Shown here: in pieces, positions 57,055 through 64,000 of the stretch
Layout of the letters: the number at the start of each line of letters is the position of its first letter
How positions within the stretch are numbered: position 1 is the stretch's first letter
Source of the DNA: Planctomycetia bacterium
GTDB taxonomy: Bacteria; Planctomycetota; Planctomycetia; JALXBF01; JBGPMX01
DNA: 64,000 nt
Assembly: GCA_036758585.1 (NCBI GenBank)
Contig: DAIOWH010000007.1
Span: forward strand, 10,155 to 74,154
Reading direction: 5' to 3'
Notes under the pieces: generated by a model
Told to the model about the DNA's origin: nothing
Seen by the model: only the letters and a program-made list of their open reading frames with translations
Database searches by the model: none
Made by a program: the position numbers and the translations under genes

Positions 57055-57831
57055 ATGGCAACAGCAACCAGCGCTGACGTAATGGAGATGTGGCATCAGT
57101 TCAAGGCGGCGCCGAGCACCGATCTGCGCAACCGCCTGATCGAACGTTATCTTCCACTTGTGCGGTACAACGCCGAGCGCATCTGGGCGCGTCTGCCCGA
57201 CGGCGTCGACATCGACGACCTAATCTCCGCGGGCGTGTTCGGGTTGATGGACGCAATCGATGCGTTCGACCTGTCGCGCGGCGTCAAGTTTGAAACGTAT
57301 TGTGTGCCGCGCATTCGCGGCGCCATGCTCGACGAGTTGCGCACCATGGATTGGGTGCCGCGGCTCGTCCGCTCCAAGGCATCGAAACTGGACGAGGCTC
57401 GCAAGCAACTTGAAGCAATGCACGGCCGGCCGCCGTCGGACCAGGAGCTTGCCCACCACATGGGACTGCCGATCGAGGAGTTCGACCAGCTTGTGCAAGA
57501 GGCCAGCGCCATCAGCCTCGTCAGCCTGAACAAGAAGTGGTACGAGACGGACAGCTACAAGGACGTTCGCGAGATCGACATCCTCGAAGACAAGAAGAGC
57601 GAAGACCCGACGCGACGTCTGCAGCGCAAGGACCTGATGAAGCTCGTCACCAAGGGCCTGAACCGCAACGAGCGGTTGATCCTTATCTTGTACTACTACG
57701 AAGAGCTGACGATGAAGGAGATCGGACAGACCTTGGACCTGTCTGAAAGCCGGGTCAGCCAGATGCACTCGTCGATCGTGCAGCGGCTGCAATCGCAGTT
57801 GGCCGAACGCCGCCCGGAGTTTGCGACGTAG
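57055..57831 (+). CDS. fliA: Flagellar sigma factor FliA
   Basis: DDLISAGVFGLMDAIDAFD.SRGVKFETY..PRIRGAMLDELR..DWVPR; YYYEELTMKEIG..LDLSESRVSQMH. Confidence 0.95.
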   Translation: MATATSADVMEMWHQFKAAPSTDLRNRLIERYLPLVRYNAERIWARLPDGVDIDDLISAGVFGLMDAIDAFDLSRGVKFETYCVPRIRGAMLDELRTMDWVPRLVRSKASKLDEARKQLEAMHGRPPSDQELAHHMGLPIEEFDQLVQEASAISLVSLNKKWYETDSYKDVREIDILEDKKSEDPTRRLQRKDLMKLVTKGLNRNERLILILYYYEELTMKEIGQTLDLSESRVSQMHSSIVQRLQSQLAERRPEFAT

Positions 57832-57868
57832 GCGTCGCGCGACCGAGTCCGACACACACGCCGCGCGG

Positions 57869-59605
57869 TCAGTTCCGCTCGAACACCGCCTTGCCATCCA
57901 GGTAAGTGGCCAGCACCTTGGTGTCGCCGACCTCGGCGAGCGGACACGTGGTGATGTCGCGATCGAGCACAACGAAATCCGCCCTCTTGCCCGGCTCAAT
58001 CGATCCGATCACTCCCTCCAAGAACATGATGTAGGCGTTGTTCGCGGTGTAGAACCGCAGGGCCTGTTCGCGCGACAGCGATTCCTCGGGGTGTAACTGG
58101 CCGTCGTACCATCGCGCCGACCGGGCCTGCGTGACCCACATGCCCAAGAACGGGTTGTACGGATTGACTGATCGCAGCGACCCGATCTTCTGCATGTGGT
58201 CCGACCCGCCTCCGGCGACGCCCCCCGCGGCGAAGATGCTGCGCAGCGGCTGGAAATAGCGCAGCCGCTCGTAGCCAAACTGCGCCACCAGCGTCCGCGT
58301 GTCGAGGTAAAGCCACGCGGGCTGAATGTCAACGCAAACGCCCAGGCGTGCGGCCTGCTCGACCGCCTCGCGGCTCATGAAGTTTGAATGCGTGACGCAC
58401 GGCCGAGTGGGCCGCACCGGCGTCGTACGATTCACTTCTTCGTAGGCATCGAGCAACGTGTGTACTGCTCCGTCGCCGACCGAGTGGGCCGTGAACTGCA
58501 ACCCGCTCTCGACCGCCGTGCGGACGATCGGCAGCAGCCGGTCGGGCGGAATGTTCAACACGCCCCGATACTGCGGATCGGTGATGCCGTAGATCTTGCT
58601 CACGCCCCACGGCTCGCGCATGTACGCGCTGCCCGTAAGCATTCCGCCGTCGAGGTATGTCTTGATGCCAATGATCCGCAATCGGTCGTTCGGTTTGCAA
58701 AGTGGGTCGGCGGCGATGCGGCGGATGTTCTGCTCGATTTCCTCGATCGGCCCGATCGTTCCTACGCTCTGCGAGATCGCCACTCGCAGCGGCAACCGGC
58801 CGGCGGCGTGCAGGCGGCGATACGTCTCGACTTCGCCGCGATCCCCGTCGCGGTCGACGATCGCGGTGATGCCATTGGCCACATAGTCGCGCAGGAGCTC
58901 AAGCAGCCGGTCGTCGGCCTGCGCAGCGGTCGCCCGCCGGCCCGACGACTGGGACTTCACGAATCGCGTACAGCCGCGCAGTATTCCGGTCGGCTCGCCC
59001 GTTTCCCGATCGCGTTCGATGAAACCGGGGCCGCCATCGGTGACCTTGAAGTCGCGGTCGATGTTGCTGAGCTTCATGGCCAGCGAGTTGACCGACGCGT
59101 CGGGGCCGGTGGAGAAGACAACCGGGTTCTTTGGCGCCGCGCGGTCGAGTTCCTCGCGAGTCGGGTAACGCTGCTCGCGCAGCCGTGTGATGAACACTTG
59201 ACGAACACCGATCCACTCGCCATCGTCTAACGCCTCGGCCCGGGACGCGACGTATTTCAAGACGTCGTCGATCGACTCCATGTCGGGAATCGGATGATCG
59301 AACTCTGTCATGCACGCGCCGCCAGGATGGACGTGCGAATCGATCAATCCGGGAATCACTGTCTTGCCGCCAAGGTCGACGAGCTTCGTGTTCGCGCCGC
59401 GGGACTTCATGACCTCGTCGCTGGAACCCACTTGTACGATGCGTCCGTCGCGCACCGCGATGGCTTGGTACACGCCGAATGCAGCATCGACGGTGATGAC
59501 CTTGCCGCCAAAGACGATCAGTTCTGCCGCCGGATCGGGCGCCGCAGCACCGCCGGCCGACTCGACTGTTAGCACGACCGCCAGGACTAGAGCATCGCCG
59601 CTCAT
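57869..59605 (-). CDS. Amidohydrolase family 3 protein (YtcJ-like), probably secreted
   Basis: PGLIDSHVH, IKTYLDGG, AHSVGD, GGGSD and GSIEPGKRADF motifs; AGGAGG RBS before ATG 59605. Confidence 0.9.
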   Translation of the reverse strand: MSGDALVLAVVLTVESAGGAAAPDPAAELIVFGGKVITVDAAFGVYQAIAVRDGRIVQVGSSDEVMKSRGANTKLVDLGGKTVIPGLIDSHVHPGGACMTEFDHPIPDMESIDDVLKYVASRAEALDDGEWIGVRQVFITRLREQRYPTREELDRAAPKNPVVFSTGPDASVNSLAMKLSNIDRDFKVTDGGPGFIERDRETGEPTGILRGCTRFVKSQSSGRRATAAQADDRLLELLRDYVANGITAIVDRDGDRGEVETYRRLHAAGRLPLRVAISQSVGTIGPIEEIEQNIRRIAADPLCKPNDRLRIIGIKTYLDGGMLTGSAYMREPWGVSKIYGITDPQYRGVLNIPPDRLLPIVRTAVESGLQFTAHSVGDGAVHTLLDAYEEVNRTTPVRPTRPCVTHSNFMSREAVEQAARLGVCVDIQPAWLYLDTRTLVAQFGYERLRYFQPLRSIFAAGGVAGGGSDHMQKIGSLRSVNPYNPFLGMWVTQARSARWYDGQLHPEESLSREQALRFYTANNAYIMFLEGVIGSIEPGKRADFVVLDRDITTCPLAEVGDTKVLATYLDGKAVFERN

Positions 59606-60385
59606 GGAGAACCTCCTGTGTAGGTCAAGGCGATAATCGAACCGAGATGATCTCACAGTCGGGGCGGGCGTTCAATTGTTCGAAAGCGCATGAACGCATG
59701 AACGGAAGCAGGAGGTGGGGAATCGGGAGAGAGGATCCCAAAAAGACGAGATGCCGCGCCCACGAGTCGCCCGGGCGCGGCACCCGGCGTGTCACTGGGC
59801 ATCCAGCCCGGCTTCCTACTCTCACTTTCTACAAGTCGAAGGAACCCCCCGCAGAAAGTGTAGTCTTCAGTCGAAATGTACTGAGCGTTAGCAAGCGTTA
59901 TGCCGCACAACGTCACTCGCGGTCGGCACTACCACATTTCGCCAGAACCCACACCGCAGCAGTAGATTGCTGCTGCAACAGGACAGATAGCGCCTTGACC
60001 AAGACTCAAGACCATCCAGCGGCCATGCCGCATTATGCGGCCGGCAGGATATTTCAAAACCTCGTTTTACCGCACGGGGTCGCCCACAAGGTTAGAGTCT
60101 TACTCGTAACGTGCGCGCATCTTTGTAGGCTGGGTCGGCGTCGCGGTGACGCACGCTGGAAACTCGACCACGCGCCGCGCGACGGCGACCCAGCCTACGC
60201 GGTTTGCGGGCGCAGCCCGCGTCAGGAGGCAGCGGAAAGAGCGGAACGGCGCGTAACTGCGACATTCATCGAGCAGGCCCCTTGTCGCGTGTCACATTCC
60301 TGCGCTATACTCTCAGCCCCAGATACGGTGGGGGCCGCCCCCCCTGCCTGAGCCATTACTAAGACCATCATCGCTGTGTTCCCTC

Positions 60386-61120
60386 ATGACGACCGAAACG
60401 ATCCCGCCTACACGGCCCAAAGGAACTCTGGAGCGGATCATTGCATCCAAGGCGGCGGAGCGTCAGAACTTTGACGACTATCGCGAGGAAATCCAGCGTC
60501 ATTACGACGGCGTCGCCGGCGCGCTGCTATTTGCCGCGAGCTTCGTATCGGGCCATCAGCCGATGGCGAGGCGGCTGTTTCGGTCTGGTGCGTTCGACTT
60601 GCAGGGGGCCAAAGACATCCTCGACGCCGGCTGTGGGGCTGGCCAGTTCACCGAGATGGCGCTCGACTGTGCCGATCCCGATGCGAAGATGACTTGTTTC
60701 GACTTCTCACTGGAGATGTTGCGGCGTCTGCGTCGACGCATCGACAGCCCTCGCCCAATGCCGGGGGCCGCTGATATCACGCGTATGCCATACCGCGACG
60801 CTTCGTTCGACTGCGTGATCTGCGGCTGGGTGCTTGAGCATCTGCCCGACCCACGCCTTGGCCTGCGCGAGATCGCTCGGGTGCTTCGGCCGCACGGGCG
60901 ACTGCTGATCTTGACGACCGAGAGCAGTTTCTTTGGAGCGATCACAAGCCGCCTCTTCAAGTGTCGCACGTACTGCCGCGATGAACTGCGCGAGGCCTGC
61001 CGAGACGTGGGCCTATACTGGCAACGCGAGTATTGGTGGACTCGGATTCACCGCGCCCTGGGACTGGGCGGCATTCTGGTCGCCGCCGAAAAGAACGGCA
61101 ACGGCAATGGTCTCGGTTAG
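60386..61120 (+). CDS. Class I SAM-dependent methyltransferase
   Basis: ILDAGCGAG, DFSLEML, ADITRMPY..ASFD and RVLRPHG motifs. Confidence 0.9.
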   Translation: MTTETIPPTRPKGTLERIIASKAAERQNFDDYREEIQRHYDGVAGALLFAASFVSGHQPMARRLFRSGAFDLQGAKDILDAGCGAGQFTEMALDCADPDAKMTCFDFSLEMLRRLRRRIDSPRPMPGAADITRMPYRDASFDCVICGWVLEHLPDPRLGLREIARVLRPHGRLLILTTESSFFGAITSRLFKCRTYCRDELREACRDVGLYWQREYWWTRIHRALGLGGILVAAEKNGNGNGLG

Positions 61121-61126
61121 CCACGC

Positions 61127-62323
61127 TTAGCCCGCCAGCGACATTCCGGCCGCCAGGTGATTCTGCTGGTTGCTGCGCAAGATCAGCTTGGTGATCTCGG
61201 GCGTGCAGCCGAAGCGATAGGGGTGCTTCCCGGACACGCCGCGACTGACGTGCAACAGGGTCGGCCCGACCTGGAACGCACCTTGGTCGAACCGGCGACC
61301 GTAGCGACTCGGCATGAAGACCGGGCCGAAGACCGGCAAACGAACTTGACCTCCGTGATTGTGGCCGGCCAGCATGAGATCGAACCGCTGGCGCGCGGCC
61401 CATGGGATGTTGTCGGGTGTGTGACTGAGCAGCAGGCGGAACGCATCGGGTGGCGCGGCCGCGAGGTTCGGCAGCCGACCCATCCACGGCCATTCAGTGC
61501 CCGCGATCGCCAACGGCTGACCTTTCAGTTGAATCAGCTCCCACCGGCCGGACAGCACTCGCAGCCCGGCGGCCACCAGATCGCGGCGGATGCGCTGATG
61601 GTCGCGCCACGAATCGTGGTTGCCCAAGATCGCATAGGCGCCGTAGCGGCTCCGCAGCCGGCCGAGCAGATGCGGCGCCCACTCATAGCACCACGGCCGG
61701 TCCACCAGGTCGCCCGTCACCGCGACGAGATCACAGTCGAGCGCGTTCGCGTGCTCGATGACTCGCTCGAAATACTCGATGCCAATAGTACCGGTGAAAT
61801 GCAGGTCGGAGATATGAAGGATCGACAGCCGGTCCCAGGTCGCGGGCAGTCGCGCAAGCCGGTAGGTTCGCTCTAGAATCTGAAGTTGGAACTGCTCATT
61901 GAACGGCCAGTGTACCATCAGTCGATGCGGTCCACGGCCGATCGGGCGGCGGCCAAGCTCTTGGCCGATGTCCACAGTATGGCTGTGATTGGAAATCTGG
62001 GCGTCGGGCCTCAGGCGCATCGCGCGGCAAACCCACGCAACAGGCAGGGCAAACCAACCCGTGGCGGCGCTGAATCCCAAATACACCTGCGCCAGTGGAG
62101 GCAGCGTAGACCATGGGCCGAACTGCGCGCCGACGCTGGTCCACAAGTACCACGCCAGCCATGCGGTTCCAACAGTAGCCCACAGGTCATGCATCAATCG
62201 AACGATCTTGAGGAACCAGCGTGCAAGCGAGCCTTGTCCGTAGAGCACGTTCAGCGTGCAGACGGTAAGCGCAACGTGACCTGCAATCGTTCCAAGCCAG
62301 AAGACGACGGCCAAGATGTGCAT
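61127..62323 (-). CDS. Membrane-anchored metallophosphoesterase (YkuE-like)
   Basis: SDLH, TGDLVD, GNHD, LSHTPD, GHNHGGQ and SRG motifs; N-terminal TMs. Confidence 0.9.
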   Translation of the reverse strand: MHILAVVFWLGTIAGHVALTVCTLNVLYGQGSLARWFLKIVRLMHDLWATVGTAWLAWYLWTSVGAQFGPWSTLPPLAQVYLGFSAATGWFALPVAWVCRAMRLRPDAQISNHSHTVDIGQELGRRPIGRGPHRLMVHWPFNEQFQLQILERTYRLARLPATWDRLSILHISDLHFTGTIGIEYFERVIEHANALDCDLVAVTGDLVDRPWCYEWAPHLLGRLRSRYGAYAILGNHDSWRDHQRIRRDLVAAGLRVLSGRWELIQLKGQPLAIAGTEWPWMGRLPNLAAAPPDAFRLLLSHTPDNIPWAARQRFDLMLAGHNHGGQVRLPVFGPVFMPSRYGRRFDQGAFQVGPTLLHVSRGVSGKHPYRFGCTPEITKLILRSNQQNHLAAGMSLAG

Positions 62324-62339
62324 TGCCTGCGATCCGGGG

Positions 62340-63983
62340 CTAATGTTCCGCCACGCCGGCGGCCGGCTGTGGGCGACTGCTCGGACTGCATAGGGCTGTC
62401 TCGATCGCCTTGATCAGTCGGTCAAGTCGGAACGGCTTGTAGAGCACGGACTGTAATCCCTCGCGACGGGCGCGGACGATCGCGTGTCCGGCGTCATAGC
62501 CGAATCCGGTCATCAGGACCAGTGCCGCCGCCGGATGTGTTTCACGCAGCGCGCTGAATATCTCGTAGCCGTCCATATCCGGCAGGCGAATGTCGCTGAT
62601 GTAGACGTCGTACGATCCGAGTCGCGCCATCGTCAGAGCCTCTTGGCCCTCCGACGCGGTCTCGACGCTGCAACCGAACCGGCCGAGCAGTGTGTGTGCG
62701 GCCTGGCGCACCGACTCATCGTTGTCCACCAGCAAGATGCGGCGGCCGTCGAGCAGCGGGTGCCGCGGGCGTCGCTGCGGCTGAGCGTGTGTCGGTGTGG
62801 GACTGGGCTGAATCTGGTCGCCCACTTTCTGAATCACCTGCTTGATGTCGCGAGCGCTGGCCAGTATGCGTCGCAGCCGCTCGGCCACCTCCGGCTCGTG
62901 GCCGATGTAGCGATCGAGCACACTGGTCGCGTCGCGCAGGATCGCGTCCACCGGCAGTGCGACCTCGCGGCTAATCAGCTCGATCGACTCGGTCGCGGCG
63001 CTCAGTTTTTGTGCCTGCAGCAGTTCCAGTGTGTTCAGCGCGATCGCGACGTCACGCGCGTAGATTTCGACGAACTGCAGGTCCTCTTCGGTGAACCCGC
63101 CGCGTTCGGGGCTCTCGACGTTCAGCGTGCCGATCACTTCTTCGTGCAGGGTGAGCGGCACGGTGATGGAGCTCTTCGCCTCAGGGGCGCCGGGCAGATA
63201 CAGCGGATCGTTCTCGGCGTCTTCGCACAAGTAGCTTTCGCCGGTCGCCGCGACGAAGCCCGTGACGCCATTGTCCTCTGGCTTGGCGTACAGCACGCGT
63301 TGCGTCGCGTCGGGCCGCATGCCCTCGGAGAGCAGCGGTTCGAGCTTGCCGCTCGCGCGATCGACCAACCGGATTTCGATGGACCGGAGATTGAGCAGAT
63401 CCTTGGTGTGGCGCAGGATGTTCGACTTGAGCAACTCGACGCGCTGTTCGACGTCCATTTCGGCCAACTCGTCGGCGGCGAGGTCGGCCAGTTCGGTGCC
63501 GGCGAGATGGATGGCGCGGAGCTTTTGTTGCTGCAGGATTTCGGCGGTGACGTCGCGAGTGAGCGCGATCACGTGGGTGATTTGTGAGTTCGCGTCGCGC
63601 GCCGGAGTCACCGACACGCGGAAGTATCGGTTGTCGCCGCGCCGCAACACCGTCGACGAGGGCACGCCGCGTCGCAAGGCGGTCGTGAATGGGCAATAGT
63701 CGGGGCCGCGAATCTCAGGTGAGTTCAGTGCATCGTAGAACTTCACGCCCACGACCGAGTCCCGGCCGGCCAGCACGTGAAACTCGGCGTTCGCCCAAAG
63801 CAGGTTCAACTCGCCGTCCACCAACGCGACCCCATCGGCGATCGCCTCGAGGATCTTGTCTTCTTCCAGCGCTACGCCCGCCTGCTCCACCAGGCGCAGG
63901 TCGCGGGTCTCGGCAAACACGCCGGCGAACCCGCCCTGACGCAACAGAGCCAAGCCGCGCAACGCACTCCCCGCCACAACCAC
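62340..63983 (-). CDS. PAS-GAF-receiver signalling protein (5' end probably outside the window)
   Basis: PAS-like segment, GAF (GTLNVES), C-terminal REC (LLVDND, SDIRLPD, MTGFG, KPF); no HATPase domain. Confidence 0.8.
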   Translation of the reverse strand: MVVAGSALRGLALLRQGGFAGVFAETRDLRLVEQAGVALEEDKILEAIADGVALVDGELNLLWANAEFHVLAGRDSVVGVKFYDALNSPEIRGPDYCPFTTALRRGVPSSTVLRRGDNRYFRVSVTPARDANSQITHVIALTRDVTAEILQQQKLRAIHLAGTELADLAADELAEMDVEQRVELLKSNILRHTKDLLNLRSIEIRLVDRASGKLEPLLSEGMRPDATQRVLYAKPEDNGVTGFVAATGESYLCEDAENDPLYLPGAPEAKSSITVPLTLHEEVIGTLNVESPERGGFTEEDLQFVEIYARDVAIALNTLELLQAQKLSAATESIELISREVALPVDAILRDATSVLDRYIGHEPEVAERLRRILASARDIKQVIQKVGDQIQPSPTPTHAQPQRRPRHPLLDGRRILLVDNDESVRQAAHTLLGRFGCSVETASEGQEALTMARLGSYDVYISDIRLPDMDGYEIFSALRETHPAAALVLMTGFGYDAGHAIVRARREGLQSVLYKPFRLDRLIKAIETALCSPSSRPQPAAGVAEH

Positions 63984-64000
63984 CTCGTATCCGTCTGCCT

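Noticed and set aside
59647-60351. 234-aa ORF and the overlapping 87-aa ORF at 59653-59916
   Set aside because: Arg/Ser/Pro-rich, no RBS or motifs, atypical codon use

Overview
This GC-rich bacterial window looks like a planctomycete genome: it carries a LExLExRxLL export motif, a DUF1559 prepilin-like fragment, a DUF3500 gene, TAT-exported enzymes and typical hairpin repeats. Most of it is housekeeping or metabolic: HPr, LptF/G, moaD-AOR, a HAD / DHS-like / PfkB sugar-phosphate cluster, HD-GYP plus a frameshifted sigma54 activator, recQ, ftsH, greA, MFS and ABC transporters, xylonate dehydratase, mqnD, trxA, and flhA-flhF-fliA. The standout is a roughly 13 kb minus-strand locus (about 31.8-44.7 kb) that looks like a polymorphic toxin system of unusual architecture. 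An ECF sigma gene precedes a giant secreted protein of about 3,200 aa, split by two 1-nt frameshifts, with 18 Ig-like DxDxDG repeats and a Ser/Gly/Thr-rich region of about 1,000 aa. An in-frame TAG then separates it from a transmembrane-anchored HINT domain that lacks Cys1 and carries a low-GC 110-aa C-terminal domain I do not recognise, followed by an immunity-like gene. Hairpin-bounded debris follows, including a 179-bp copy of part of the giant gene. Other notable items are a MITE with a nested REP-like hairpin (two copies), an AbiEii-like pair inserted into an operon, a DUF4430 + DUF6580 pair inside a MacB-type ABC operon, a sigma54-promoted small protein, and a REP arm embedded in frame in the giant protein. 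I found no tRNA, rRNA or CRISPR array. All family assignments come from motif recognition by eye; no database search was run.
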